The notes beneath the pieces were generated by a model that was not told the DNA's origin, searched no databases, and was given only the letters and a program-made list of their open reading frames with translations. DNA of 64,000 nt from contig CAVQNG010000003.1 of the NCBI GenBank assembly GCA_963713825.1, positions 384,001 through 448,000 of the forward strand. The letters run 5' to 3'. This document shows positions 47,409 to 59,153 of this stretch, piece after piece. This DNA is from an uncultured Acidobacteriota bacterium (lineage in GTDB: Bacteria; Acidobacteriota; Thermoanaerobaculia; Multivoradales; JAHEKO01). The position numbers and the translations under genes were made by a program. Each line of letters starts with the position of its first letter. Position 1 is the first letter of the stretch.

Positions 47409-49619
47409 TTGATCGGCCAGACGCTGTCTCATTTCAGGATCACCGCCAAGCTCGGTGAAGGCGGTATGGGAGAGGTCTATCGCGCCGAGGACACCAAGCT
47501 CAAGCGGGAGGTGGCGCTCAAGGTACTCCCGACTGAGCTGGCGGGCTCTCAGGAGCGACTGGGGCGGTTCCAGCGCGAGGCCGAGACACTGGCGGCGCTC
47601 GATCACCCGAACATCGTCACCATCTACTCGGTCGAGCAGGTCGAGGGTGTGCACTTCCTGACCATGCAGTTGGTCGAGGGCAAGCCACTGTCGGAGCTCA
47701 TCCCCACTGACGGCCTGCCGCTCGAGCGCATCTTCGAGATCGCCATGCCCCTGACCGAGGCCCTGGCCGCCGCGCACGCGAAGGGCGTGATTCACAGAGA
47801 CCTCAAGCCCAGCAACATCATGGTCACCAACGACGGCGGCGTGAAAGTGCTGGACTTCGGTCTCGCCAAAATCGGCCAGGCCGCGGGTGAGGGTGCGCAC
47901 ACCCAGATGCCTACCGAGCTCCTGACCGAGGAGAACCGGATCCTCGGAACGCTGGCGTACATGTCGCCGGAACAGCTTGGCGGCAAGGTTCTCGACGCCA
48001 GCTCGGACATCTTCTCGCTTGGCGTGGTTCTCTATGAAATGGCCACCGGCAAGCGGCCGTTCGACGGCGACACTCCGGTTTCGACCATCACGGCCATCCT
48101 GAACGAAACACCCTCTTCCGCCAGCTCCTTACGCGACTCGCTGCCGGCGTCCCTCGACGCGGTCATTTCGCGCTGTCTGGAAAAGGACCCACAGCAGCGG
48201 TTTCGAAGCGTGGAGGAATTGGGACTGGCTCTGCGCGGATCTGGAACCGACCCGGTCAATGATCATTCCAGCCGACCGCTAGTGAAACTCGCGATCGGGG
48301 CACTCGTGGCTCTTGCTGTAATCATCGCCGTCCTCACCCTGCGGCCGAACGGCGAAGAAGACGTCGCACTCGTCCCCACCGAAGCCAGCGACGCGCAGTC
48401 GCTCGGCCCGTCAATCGCTGTCCTCCCTTTCACCAACGCCAGCGGCGACCCGGAGCAAGAGTACCTGGCCAACGGCCTCACCGAGGAGCTCATCACCCAA
48501 CTGTCCAAGTACCAGGAGCTCATGGTGGTCGCCCGCTCCTCAATTCTCAAGTACAAGGACCTGCCCGTAGACATTCGAGAGGTCGGTGAGGCGCTGGGGA
48601 TTCGCTACCTACTGCAGGGAACCGTGCAGAAATCCGGAGACAAGATGCGGCTGACCGCACAGCTCTCGGATTCCAGCAACGGCCGACAGATCTGGGGAGA
48701 GAGCTACGACCGCGACTTGACCGCCAGTGATTTTTTCAGTCTGCAGGACGAGCTGACCGATGAGGTCCTGAGTGCGATCGCCGGATCGTACGGAGCGCTG
48801 TTCCAAGCCGAGCTCGCGCAGGCGCGACGCAAACCGCCTTCGAGCCTCGACGCCTACGACTGCGTCCTGCGGGTCTACGACTACCTCCAGATCCACTCTG
48901 GAGAGAAACACCTTGCCGCGCGCGATTGTCTGGAAAAAGTGGTGGACGAGAACTCCGACTACGTCGACGCCCTCGCCTGGCTGGCCTACCTCTACGGTGA
49001 GGAATATCACCATCGCTGGAACGCGCGGCCCGACGAATACGACGCTCTCGATCGCGCACTACAAGCGGGCGAAGACGCCGTTCAGCTCGATGCCGTTAGC
49101 CAAGTAGCACATGGCTGTCTCGCAATGACACTCTTCATGCGTGGAGACTACGACCGCGCTACCGTCGAGGCGCAACGAGCGGTCGATCTCAACCCGCGGA
49201 ATGCCGTGTGGCTGGGCTTGATGGGCCTCTATCTCTCCCAGCTGGGAGACTCCGAGCGCGGCCTGCCGATGGTACGCGAAGCGACCCTGCTCAGCCCTCA
49301 TCCGCCAGCCTGGATCCACATGGCCTACTTCTACGACCACTATCTCAACGGCCGCTACAACGAAGCTCTGAATGAAGCGCGCCTTCTGGATTGGGACGGA
49401 GACTTCCGCATCCCGCTATTCGTCGCGGCCAGCTACGGGCAGCTCGGGCGCGCCGACGAGGCTGCACCCGCGCTAGCGGAGCTCAGGGCTCTCTGGACCA
49501 TGCCTGTAGAGGACCTCGGACCCGAACTGATCGAGCGCCACGCGATCGCGCCGGAGTTGACTGACCTTCTGCTGGAAGGGCTGGCGAAAGCCGGCCTCGA
49601 AGGGCTTCCTGGATCCTGA
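47409..49619 (+). CDS. Ser/Thr kinase + TM + TolB-like + TPR
   Basis: TTG start aligned with the paralogues; HRDLKPSN, DFG, SIAVLPFTNAS. Confidence 0.9.
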   Translation: MIGQTLSHFRITAKLGEGGMGEVYRAEDTKLKREVALKVLPTELAGSQERLGRFQREAETLAALDHPNIVTIYSVEQVEGVHFLTMQLVEGKPLSELIPTDGLPLERIFEIAMPLTEALAAAHAKGVIHRDLKPSNIMVTNDGGVKVLDFGLAKIGQAAGEGAHTQMPTELLTEENRILGTLAYMSPEQLGGKVLDASSDIFSLGVVLYEMATGKRPFDGDTPVSTITAILNETPSSASSLRDSLPASLDAVISRCLEKDPQQRFRSVEELGLALRGSGTDPVNDHSSRPLVKLAIGALVALAVIIAVLTLRPNGEEDVALVPTEASDAQSLGPSIAVLPFTNASGDPEQEYLANGLTEELITQLSKYQELMVVARSSILKYKDLPVDIREVGEALGIRYLLQGTVQKSGDKMRLTAQLSDSSNGRQIWGESYDRDLTASDFFSLQDELTDEVLSAIAGSYGALFQAELAQARRKPPSSLDAYDCVLRVYDYLQIHSGEKHLAARDCLEKVVDENSDYVDALAWLAYLYGEEYHHRWNARPDEYDALDRALQAGEDAVQLDAVSQVAHGCLAMTLFMRGDYDRATVEAQRAVDLNPRNAVWLGLMGLYLSQLGDSERGLPMVREATLLSPHPPAWIHMAYFYDHYLNGRYNEALNEARLLDWDGDFRIPLFVAASYGQLGRADEAAPALAELRALWTMPVEDLGPELIERHAIAPELTDLLLEGLAKAGLEGLPGS

Positions 49620-49736
49620 CCAACCTCCCACATCGACGAAGTTGACGGTGCGGAAAACCGGGCACTCACCATCGAGGGACAAGCCGCCTGACGACGAACC
49701 GCACCCCGGGTGTGCCAAGCGACAACCGAATCCGCG

Positions 49737-51704
49737 CTACGGCGTGTACCAGATCGGTGCGGTGTAGGCTCGCTCCTGGTGCGTGGTTTCAGCGCCTTCG
49801 GGTATTTCGACGCCGAAACGAAACGCGTCGTAGACAATCCAGCGCGGCGTCGGGATCTCGAGTACACGTGCATAGTAAAACGCGCGCTGCTTTGGATCGA
49901 AGTCGGGATCGGTCCAGACCGTGGCAAGCTCGGATGCGCCTATGGTGTTCATCCAGTTGGCCGCCGCAATGTCCACCGTATTGCCGACTGCGGGCAGCAC
50001 GCCGCTGGCATTGGGCTCGCGGCCGGCAGACCAGGCGACGTCATAGACCTTCTCGTGCGTCTGGCCATTCGCATCCAGCCAGCCTTTCACGATCTGAATG
50101 CGGTCGAGGTTGGCGCCAATCGCATCGCGCAGAGCGTAGACCATGAAGGTGGGGGCACCGGCGGCGTTGTGTGCCCGCAGATCGCCACCCATCGGCACGC
50201 CTTTCTCGTAGCCCCGGAAGGCGGGCGCGCGGCTATTCAAGTCCTCTGCGGTGAAGTCCCAGCCCCCAAAGAAGCGCACGGTGATGCGCGGGCCCGTAGT
50301 GCCGTAGACCTCCTTGCGTGCCATCGCGTCCCAGATCGCAGTGCGGGTGTTCTCAGCAGCCCAAACGCCGGTATACCCCGAGGCGACCAGCTCGTAACCC
50401 TCGAAGACACCATTCTCGGTTTCCGTGAAGGGGTGCATCATGCGCCCGGGCGAAGGTTCGGCGTTGGTCGCCTTACCGAAGAAATTCTCTTCCTCGACAG
50501 CGGACAGCGCGGTATGGCTGTCGGTCGATCCGATGAGGCCGAACTTGTAGGGATTGGTGCCGAGGTTGTTCTCCAGCAGAAGTCCGTTCTTGAGGGCCTC
50601 GCGGGCATACTCGGTCTTGAGCATCGCTTCGGTCTTGGCTTCGGAAAGATCGAGATTACCGGCGTCCCAGGTCTCGTAGTCAGCGAAGGCGTCATCCGGC
50701 GACAGCAGCGGATGGGCCTCACCGTCGCCCTTGATCTGGGTGACCTCGTACATCGGCTCCCAGCGAGCCCGCTTCTCGACGTAGTTCCGGTCGATCTTGC
50801 GGCCGGTGTACTGCGCGTCAACCGGGAACATGATGCCGTTCGACAGATTGCCATTGTGGGCCAGGGCGAGCGCCGAGCCTCCGGTTTCGGCCTCGTAGCT
50901 CTCCAGATATGCATAAAGATCAAGCGGGTCTGTAGAACCGACCGGTGCCTGGGTGGTGTAGGGCACGACCTGGCCAGCCTTGGCGGCGCCCTCGCGGAAG
51001 ATCACGTTGCGGTGCAGGTTGTTGCCCTTGACCAGTGAGGTCCATTCGAAACCGATGAAGGTGGTGAACGAGCCCGGATCGTTGAAGCGCTCGGCCGCAT
51101 CGACGACCCTCTCCCAGATCGACTCATAGGTCGCACCGCCTGGTGAGTACTCGGCCATCATCTCTGGATTGATCTCACCCTGCGAGAAGGTGGTGATCAG
51201 ATCCAGCGCCGCTGCAACCGAGGAGTCGCCACCGGCCTGCAAGCCGTCGTACCAGCGCTTTCCCTGTTCGTACTTGATGATGTCTGGCTCGCCTGCAGCC
51301 ATGTCGGTGAAGAAACCCATGCCATCGGAATGATCGGCGATCACCAGCCAGTCGAGCGGGCGACCCAGTTTGGCCGGCTGGCCGCTCGAGGCCATCACTT
51401 CCTCGCCGCGGGCGAAGCGGTAGGCGTCGTCCAGGCCGAGGCGGGCGCCGAATAGACCAGCATCCATGGAGAGGCCTGTATGCAGGTGCGTGTCGCCCCA
51501 GAACACCTGGTCGGGGAAGCTGCGCTGTGCATAGGGCGAATACGCCTTGCCGGGATAGAGACCCGATAACGAGTCCTTAGAGGGAGTGATCTGGGCGAAC
51601 ACGGGCGCCGCAGAGCCAACAAGCAAGATCGCACACAGAAGACTGAAGGTCAGGATGGAACGGAAACGTGAGGGGGCCACCGTGGCCAATTGCGTCAAGA
51701 ACAT
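49737..51704 (-). CDS. DUF3604 family protein (PHP-like putative metallohydrolase)
   Basis: [38 protein letters not shown]; signal-like N-terminus. Confidence 0.88.
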   Translation of the reverse strand: MFLTQLATVAPSRFRSILTFSLLCAILLVGSAAPVFAQITPSKDSLSGLYPGKAYSPYAQRSFPDQVFWGDTHLHTGLSMDAGLFGARLGLDDAYRFARGEEVMASSGQPAKLGRPLDWLVIADHSDGMGFFTDMAAGEPDIIKYEQGKRWYDGLQAGGDSSVAAALDLITTFSQGEINPEMMAEYSPGGATYESIWERVVDAAERFNDPGSFTTFIGFEWTSLVKGNNLHRNVIFREGAAKAGQVVPYTTQAPVGSTDPLDLYAYLESYEAETGGSALALAHNGNLSNGIMFPVDAQYTGRKIDRNYVEKRARWEPMYEVTQIKGDGEAHPLLSPDDAFADYETWDAGNLDLSEAKTEAMLKTEYAREALKNGLLLENNLGTNPYKFGLIGSTDSHTALSAVEEENFFGKATNAEPSPGRMMHPFTETENGVFEGYELVASGYTGVWAAENTRTAIWDAMARKEVYGTTGPRITVRFFGGWDFTAEDLNSRAPAFRGYEKGVPMGGDLRAHNAAGAPTFMVYALRDAIGANLDRIQIVKGWLDANGQTHEKVYDVAWSAGREPNASGVLPAVGNTVDIAAANWMNTIGASELATVWTDPDFDPKQRAFYYARVLEIPTPRWIVYDAFRFGVEIPEGAETTHQERAYTAPIWYTP

Positions 51705-51941
51705 TGCTTGTTCTCCCTTCTCTAGTGAGGTGGTGCCGCTTTGCGGATCGAGATCTCTTTCTCTACTCTTCTGACCAATGGAGTATTGCAGATTCAAAGC
51801 AGACATTCGCGATCTTCCGCAAGGCTAGCCTGACGTTGGCCATTCACGGGGGAGCTAGCCTCGGGAGAGATCGTGATGCCACAGGACCCGAGCCGCCACC
51901 GCGCGCCAGGGTTGCCACGACTCGGCCAGCATGCCAGCGAA

Positions 51942-52505
51942 TCAGGGCTTCTCCACGGGTGGCGGGGGCGCGCGGAGCATGGCAACGACTTTCAGGTGGC
52001 CGTTCTGCGTCGCAAAGCTCTCAGCGGTATCGCCGTCCACATCCTCCAGATCCGGATCGGCTCCATACGCCAGGAGGACCCGGACGACCTCGACTTGCCC
52101 TTCCGCGGCAGCCGTCATCAGCGCCGTGAAGCCCTCGCCGGTGCCCTGGACATTCACGTCAGCCCCCTTTTCGAGCAGAAGCCCCACGGTCGCAGCGAAC
52201 GGACCACTGGAGGCGTACATCAGGGCCGTCCGTCCGTTCATCTCTCGGGCGTCGATGGTAGCTCCATGCTCCAGTAGAAGAGCGTCCACAGCGGTGTGGC
52301 CGTTGAAACTGGCCCACATCAGAGCCGTGCGGCCGTCGGGATCCGGGACGTCGACGGCGGCACCCTCCTCGAGGAGGCGCTTCACCTCATCCAGATTCCC
52401 GGCAAAGGCCGCCTCGTGAAGGGCCTCTACCTGCGCCGACGGCTGCGCGCCGACGACACCGGACACCAGGGAATTAACGACGAACAGCCAGTGAATGATC
52501 TTCAT
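51942..52505 (-). CDS. Exported ankyrin repeat protein
   Basis: GRTALMWA/GRTALMYA/GFTALMTA repeats; signal peptide. Confidence 0.9.
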   Translation of the reverse strand: MKIIHWLFVVNSLVSGVVGAQPSAQVEALHEAAFAGNLDEVKRLLEEGAAVDVPDPDGRTALMWASFNGHTAVDALLLEHGATIDAREMNGRTALMYASSGPFAATVGLLLEKGADVNVQGTGEGFTALMTAAAEGQVEVVRVLLAYGADPDLEDVDGDTAESFATQNGHLKVVAMLRAPPPPVEKP

Positions 52506-52566
52506 CGGGACATCCTCAGCGACGTTAGCAGGAAACGAGCTCCGGGGCGCCGCAACTGAAGGGTGC

Positions 52567-54002
52567 TCATGTGGACTCTTCGGTCTCGTTGGCTAGTCGT
52601 GACTGCTCGATGGCGAGGCTGACGCGAAACTCGGTCCGGCCCGGGCGGGATTCGACCGCGATGTCGCCATAATACCGGCGCACCAACCGCCGCGTGATCT
52701 CGAGACCGAGACCAAGACCCTGCCCGGCGGCTTGGTCGTGTAGAACGCGTCGAAGATCCGGGCCTCGATATCCGGCGCGATTCCGGGGCCGTCGTCCACG
52801 ACGCGGACCACGACGCTGTCTAGCTCCCGGCGCGCACTAATGTCGATCGAGCCGGACTCGGGGATGGCGTCGAGAGCATTGTCGATCAGGTTCAACCAGA
52901 CCTGGTTCAGCTCGCCTTCGGTGGCGCAAACTGGAGGGAGGTCTGGTTCGACGTCGAGGGCGATGGCAGCGCACTTGGCTTTGGCCTTTGATGCCAAAAC
53001 CAGTATTGTGTCCCTCAATCCTGTCTCTAGGTTTACGGCATTCGGTGCTGCTGGGTTATCCATCTGGGTGAATCTCTTGACGGCGGCTACCAGCTCGTGG
53101 ATCCGGGTGGCGGCATGCTCGATATCGGTGGCAAGAGAGTGGGTCTCGCACCCGACAGCCATCCAGCGGAGCACGGCATCGAGCGTGTCGCCTGACATCA
53201 CCCGGGCCAAGTCGTCCAGAACTTCGATCTTGACGGCTGTCTCGGCAAGGCGCCCCGCGTGGGTCGGGTCGCAGTGGTGTCGGGTGAGCCAGTCGGCGAA
53301 TTCCTCTTCCCGGTCCGCACGCTCGATCGGTGAGATCGCGTCGCCGGCAGGGTCAGCCAAGCAGGCGGCACGCGCCTGCTCGACCGCCTCCCACAGCTCG
53401 TCCGTAAGCACCGCCGCACCGAGAGTACGGGACGCGGTGTCCGCCTCATCCAGTGCCGCAAGAAGTGTCTTGGCGCCCCGCATCGTAGCGGAGGCGGGGT
53501 TGTTGAGCTCGTGGGCCAAGCCGGCCGCGAGCTTCCCCAGCGAGATCATCTTCTCTTCCTGCAGGTCGCTGGCGTTGAACCGTCGCGCTCTATCGAGCAT
53601 TAGATGCACGGTGAACGCAGTGAACTCCGGGCACCGGTGAACCATCTCCGGGAAGTGCTTTTCATGCACCGTAAGCAGCTCGCACGCCTCTTCGATGACG
53701 TTGTCACCGGGAGGTCCGCTCATCCGGGAGTACGGCAGCATGCCGGTCACCTCTCCGGTGCGCCACCCGATGACCCGACGCGGTCCCGCGCCCCGATCCA
53801 CACGAACAGAAATGTGCCCGGAGAGAATGACCCACAGGTTTTCGATCCGCTTGCCCATCGGCGCCACCACCCTGCCGACTTCGCGCAGCTCGAAGTCTCC
53901 GTGGGCCGCGAGCCACTCCAACTCCTCCCGGGGAATCCCCGCGAGACTCGGCAATGCTGCCAGGCGGTCGACGAGGTCGGCAGTAGGAATAGGCTTCTCC
54001 AT
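52567..54002 (-). CDS. cNMP-binding-domain histidine kinase with a 1-bp frameshift at ~52722
   Basis: AHELNNP, ELNQVW, DDGPGI; the G2 box (QGLGLGLEI...) continues in another frame to TGA at 52569-52567. Confidence 0.82.
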
Positions 54003-56876
54003 CAGCTCCCTGAGTCCACTGGCCCCAGATACAAATCGAGCCAGTCCAGTACTTCGCGGATCACCTCGTTGGCGAGGCTGGCACGTTGCAGTCCTCGAGC
54101 AGCACCAGGCGCTTGTGCTCGTCGGGTGTTCCCAGCATGTCGAACATCGGTTTGATGTTGGTCTCCACCGGAGCCCCGAAGTCGTCTCGTCCGTTGATCA
54201 TCAGCGTCGGCACGGTCGAGCGCGGGGCGAAATTCTGCGGAATCGTACCCGGTGCCCAGTCCTCCGGGTAGTGGAACAACCCGCCCGCCAGGAGCACACT
54301 TGCATCGAAGCGCGGCTCGATGGCGGTCATCATCGGACCCACGGTGCCGCCCCAACTCATGCCGTAGTAGGCCACCCTCTCGCTATCGATGTCCTCACGT
54401 GTCTCGAGGAAATCGATCGTTCGCCGCAGGTCCCTGCCGATCTGGATCCTCAGGTCACGTTCGTCATTGGGGCCATGCCGCTCGACCTGGCGTTCGTAGG
54501 TTCCCTGATAGATGGGGTAGACCAGCGCGCGGCCGCTCTTGGGGATGAAGTGTCCGAACGGGAAGCTGGGGTGACGGCTGTCCCTGAGATACCGAGCACT
54601 CGACGGCGGAAAGTAGACCACCGCCTGGTAGGGCGGCTCGACGGCCTTCGGCAGGAAGAGATGAATCGGTAACCGCTCGTCTCCGTACGCCGCTTGCAGG
54701 GACACGACCTCGTGGCGCCAGAACTCCGGATTGTCATCGGTCCATTCGGTCTCCGTGTCGAGCTCCCGTTGGTCGTACTCGAAGTCCCGCAGCACGATCT
54801 GGAAGAGGTCGTCGTCGATGGCGGTGTCCTGTCGATGGTCCTCGACTGTGTGTTCGATCGCGATCAGTGCGGCATCAGGCAGCGGCTCAGAGGTCTGCAT
54901 ACATCGGAAGCCGTTGATCGCCCCCCGGTCATAGGGGTCGGCAGCATCGGTGCTGCGATAGAGGTAGTTGGGCTCCGACCACGCACCTCCCAGGATGTGG
55001 CGCATGTCGCCCGTTCGATTGACGCACCACTCACGGACGTTGCCCGCCATGTCGTAGGTCCCGGTCGGTCCGAGGCCAGAGTAGCTGCCCACCGCCGCTG
55101 GTCCCTCGGTGTCGAAATTGCTCCACAGCAGAATCTCACTGAAGATGCTCTGCTGCGCGGCGTGCCGCCAGTGGAACACCGTCGGCAGGCTCTTGCCGGC
55201 CCAAGCGGCGTAGGCCGACGCCTCGAACCAGCTCACACCTGAGACCGGTAGCTCGTCCTCGCCTTCGGGGTAGTTGCCCAGAGTCCAGTCAGCGGGGCCG
55301 GGACGCCCCGTCGTATCGACAAACGCGCTGCGGTCGACACCCTCATCCCAGAATCGATCGTCGCGATAGCCGCCGTCATCGACGAACGCCTTGTACTCGC
55401 GGTTGGTCACCTCGTACTTGTCGATCCAGAACTCTTCGAGCCCGACTGGGTCAGAGGCGCCGAATTCGGCGGTGCCCGCAGCCACGTAGACCATCCCCGG
55501 CGGCACCTCATCTTCGCGGAACAGCCTGAAGGTCTGTTGCATAGCGAAGGGTGCGCCTTCGAAAGGCAGGTAGCCCTCCTTCTCGATCCGGAACCGGGCG
55601 GGCAATCCGATGGGGACGCTTTCGATGGGAGTCTCACCCAGGAGAATCCACTCTCGCTCGGGGTGGTCGTAGCCCTTGGTGTAGATGGTGGCGCCGGGCG
55701 GATCGGAATCGAAGGACAGCGGAACGGTGATACTGGAGACGTACTCGAGAAGGCGCGGATCCTCCGGAATGATCTCGGATGCTTCGTAGAGCAACCGCAT
55801 CGCACCGTCCCCGATCGCCCGAATCGTGGAGTCGCTCGATCTCAGACAGGGCCTCGTTGCGGGCCCACGACACGCGTGAGTTGCGATGGATCATCCAGGC
55901 TGCACCAGCGGCGATCAGCACGACGAGTAGTGACATGCTGGCGAGCACCCCCGGGCGTCGCAAGAGTGCTCCGAGCCCGGCCGTCGGCGCATCGAGCCGT
56001 CGCTTCAGCGCCAGCAACGCGTCGTGGAGCTCCTGACCCGAGGCAAAGCGCTTCTCGGGCTCCTTCGCCAGGCTCTGGGCAAGGATCTCTTTCAGGTCGG
56101 CCGGTACATCGTGCCGCCCTTCGTCGAGCGGTGCGGGCTCGTCACGCAGAATCGACGACACCGTGTCGAGACTCGACTCGCCTGCAAAGGGCTGCTTTCC
56201 GGTGAGCATCTCGTACAGCAGTACTCCGAATGAGAAGACGTCCGTGCGCGCATCGACCGGCATGACCCTGTACCTGCTCGGGCGACATGTAGGCCAGCGT
56301 TCCGAGGACCTGGCCGGCCCGCGTGACCTGTGGCGAGGCGAGGGCGGTGAGGGTCGGCATCTCGGACGCCATCGGTACTTCGGACGGTTCGCCGTCACCA
56401 ATCAGCTTGCTCAGGCCGAAGTCGAGGATCTTCGGAACACCCTCGTCCGTCAGCACCACGTTGTCCGGTTTCAGGTCGCGGTGCAGCACTCCCTCGCGGT
56501 GGGCTCTCGCAAGGCCAGCCGCGATTCCGGTAGCGATGTCCACCGCTGTCTCCACCTCGAGCGGCTCGTCACGGACCAGGCTGCGGAGCGCCTCGCCACG
56601 CACCAGCTCCATGACGATAAAGGTCACCCCATCTTGCTCGCCGACGTCGTGGACCGTAGCGATGTTGGGGTGATTGAACGCCGCCGCCAACCGCGCCTCC
56701 TGATGGAATCGCGCGCTGCGCTCCGGATCTCGTGTCAGCTCCGGTGGCAGGACCTTCACGGCGACGTTGCGATCGAGTCGCGTATCGGTCGCCTCGTAGA
56801 CCACACCCATACCGCCCTCGCCGATCTTCTTGATCAGGCGGTAGTGGAGTAGTTGTTGTCCGGCCTCGATAGTCAC
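54002..56876 (-). pseudogene. Ser/Thr kinase + FGE-sulfatase (SUMF1) + alpha/beta hydrolase fusion, 3 frameshifts
   Basis: Kinase motifs; KYEVTNREY, YDMAGNVREW, GFRC; GMSWGG. Breaks at ~56267, ~55810 and ~54080. Confidence 0.8.
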
Positions 56877-57036
56877 GTTGCATTCCTCCCCGGTTGCGCC
56901 GAAGGGCTGAGTCAGGTTCTCGCTACTCGAAACCGGGGTTCGTCCAGATTCTACCGCGATCCCTCGAGCTCTTTGGAGCCACCTGGTCTCGACCCGGAGT
57001 CGAGACTGCGACCGCTATCGCACGCACGCCTGATCA

Positions 57037-57060
57037 GGAGAGGGCAAACCTCTCGCCTAC
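57037..57060 (-). repeat. GTAG-family REP-like palindrome
   Basis: GTAG GCGAGAGG TTTGC CCTCTCC. Confidence 0.6.
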
Positions 57061-57151
57061 AACTAGGACTACGGGTCTTACATCGACCTCAATTCATAGA
57101 TCCTGACGCTCGCGATGTATGGATTGCCTCGTGCGATCTCTTCAGCCGCGT

Positions 57152-57286
57152 CTAGGTCTTCGGCTTCCGAGCCTCGGCTCGCTCGTGTGCGTCGTGCTCC
57201 CGCTTTCGCTTCACAAGCAGTGGCACCAGAGCGACAACAAGGGCGACCAAGCTCACCGGCGGCAGTCTCGAGTGTTCATCGCTCAT
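57152..57286 (-). CDS. 44-aa single-pass small membrane protein
   Basis: MSDEHSRLPPVSLVALVVALVPLLVKRKREH...; GAGGA RBS; 33 bp downstream of the HMG-CoA synthase stop. Confidence 0.55.
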   Translation of the reverse strand: MSDEHSRLPPVSLVALVVALVPLLVKRKREHDAHERAEARKPKT

Positions 57287-57319
57287 GGGGTGGTCCTCTT
57301 CCCTCGGACTCGAGGCGAT

Positions 57320-58819
57320 CTACCCGACCGCTGGAGCTGGTCCTGGCTCGCCGCGGTAGCGGTAGTACTCGATGCCAAAGTCGATGAAGTCCTTCTCCTC
57401 GCGCTGCCCGACGCTCTCGACCAGGAACTCCTCACGATGGTCGTAGGTCAGGCCTGGTGAATGACCGTCATCGTGCAGCTGGCGGTACTCCTCGTCGCTC
57501 AAGTCGACGTAGTAGGACAGCGCCTTGGCGAAGCCGATCTTCGCTGCAGCCTCCTGCCAGCCTTTCACCAGCTTGACCGGGATCGCTTCCGAGGCGTCGC
57601 CGCTGCCATAACCGACAAGCAAGATCTCCTCGCCTTCGAGCTGTGACTCTTCCTCGAGCGCCTGCTCGATACCCGCCGCAAGCCAGGCGAACAGCGCACC
57701 GGTGTAGATATTGCCGACGTTCATCATGAGATCGCTTCCCAGGCGCATCTTCGCCAGCACCAGGTCCGGATACTCCTCGGTCTTGCGGAACGTCTTGAGA
57801 AGCTGCACGCAATTGGGGTAGATCTCCTCTCCCAGAGCGTCACGGTACACGAGGTCCCGCACCACCGGCACGGAGTCCATCTCGGCGATCACGTCGTCGA
57901 CATCGACCTCGGCAAGGTCGCAGTACCTCTCCAGCTCACCTCTTGCCCTCTCGTCGTCGTGGGCGAGCGAGAAGAGGTAGCCCATCGCCCAGCCGCTCTC
58001 CGGCATGCGGCGGTACGGCCGGTGCAGAAATACCGCTGCCAGGTCGCGGTAGTACGGTGGGGCATGGATGGCCCGTCGCGTGAACATGTCCTCGAGCGAG
58101 CGCAAGGTCGCTTCGCTATAGCAGGTCGTCGAGTACTTCCCATTGAAGACCGGCAGGTCCTGCAATTGGCCCATGGGCCTCGGCTTCTGCCCCACGAAAC
58201 GGCTGAGGGGCTTGCGGAAATCAGGTCCTCTGTAGTCCGAAGAGCTACCACTGCCCTCGAGATGGACCTCGAGCAGCTTGGGGGCCTCCTCCACCAGCAT
58301 GGCGACGGCGCCGGCTCCCTGCGTCGGTTCTCCGCTGCTGTCGCGAGCGTACTCCGCAATGTCGGAGCAGACGACGATCGCTTGTGAGCCCTTCCCGTCG
58401 GCCATCAAGTAGCGCACAGCACTCTTGAGAGCGTAGACGCCGCCGAGACAGGCGTGCTTGAACTCCGGCACCTCGCACCCACGGGCCAGCAGCTCCTTTT
58501 TGCGGGCGCGCAAGGCATCATCGATCATGCCGCGGACGATCACGGCTCCCGCGGAATTGTCGGTGCTCGATTCGGTGCCAAGGGCGAGGTAGCGAACTCT
58601 TTGCGGATCCACGTCGAACGCGTCGATCAGTCGCAAAACCGCCGTGGCAGCCATCGTATAGGCGTTGTGTTCCGGACCGCGCATGCGGAAACTGCTCCCG
58701 ACGACGGCCTGGATCTTGCCGTAGTTGGCATCCGTCCAGTCACACCAATCTTCGAGGTTCACCCTGTAGGGCGGCACATACAGCGAGAGTCCACTGATGC
58801 CTACTTGCTGCTGGCTCAT
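57320..58819 (-). CDS. Hydroxymethylglutaryl-CoA synthase family protein
   Basis: GTESSTD (Glu), KHACLGG (Cys), GEPTQGAGAVA, HRPY (His), GNIYTG, YGSG. Confidence 0.88.
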   Translation of the reverse strand: MSQQQVGISGLSLYVPPYRVNLEDWCDWTDANYGKIQAVVGSSFRMRGPEHNAYTMAATAVLRLIDAFDVDPQRVRYLALGTESSTDNSAGAVIVRGMIDDALRARKKELLARGCEVPEFKHACLGGVYALKSAVRYLMADGKGSQAIVVCSDIAEYARDSSGEPTQGAGAVAMLVEEAPKLLEVHLEGSGSSSDYRGPDFRKPLSRFVGQKPRPMGQLQDLPVFNGKYSTTCYSEATLRSLEDMFTRRAIHAPPYYRDLAAVFLHRPYRRMPESGWAMGYLFSLAHDDERARGELERYCDLAEVDVDDVIAEMDSVPVVRDLVYRDALGEEIYPNCVQLLKTFRKTEEYPDLVLAKMRLGSDLMMNVGNIYTGALFAWLAAGIEQALEEESQLEGEEILLVGYGSGDASEAIPVKLVKGWQEAAAKIGFAKALSYYVDLSDEEYRQLHDDGHSPGLTYDHREEFLVESVGQREEKDFIDFGIEYYRYRGEPGPAPAVG

Positions 58820-58881
58820 GATGGTTCTTCCCTCCCAGATCGCGACGTGATCGTGAACAGACGTGCTGCGGTCTTCGGGTA

Positions 58882-58897
58882 AGCGGCAATTGTGCCA
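58882..58897 (-). promoter_or_regulatory. Possible sigma54 promoter
   Basis: TGGCAC-AATTG-CCGCT keeps GG-N10-GC; the -12 element is imperfect. Confidence 0.45.
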
Positions 58898-59153
58898 GAG
58901 ATCAGCCAGCTCTGACCACCGCCATGCCGCGACCTGGCCGCCTTTTTCGAACGGTATCTGGCTCGATGATCCTCCGAGGGTCCATTCGGACCGGACCACC
59001 ACTGGACCACTGACCTGCCCCAGTGTTTGCACCACCCATTGGGGCGCCCCAAATTGAGTGCCTGAATCAGAATAGTGACAGGAGTAGAATTCTGGGGGAG
59101 CGAGATCCGATGAGGCGTTGTGACATCGCGGGTACACCTGCTGGGAGGGGAAC

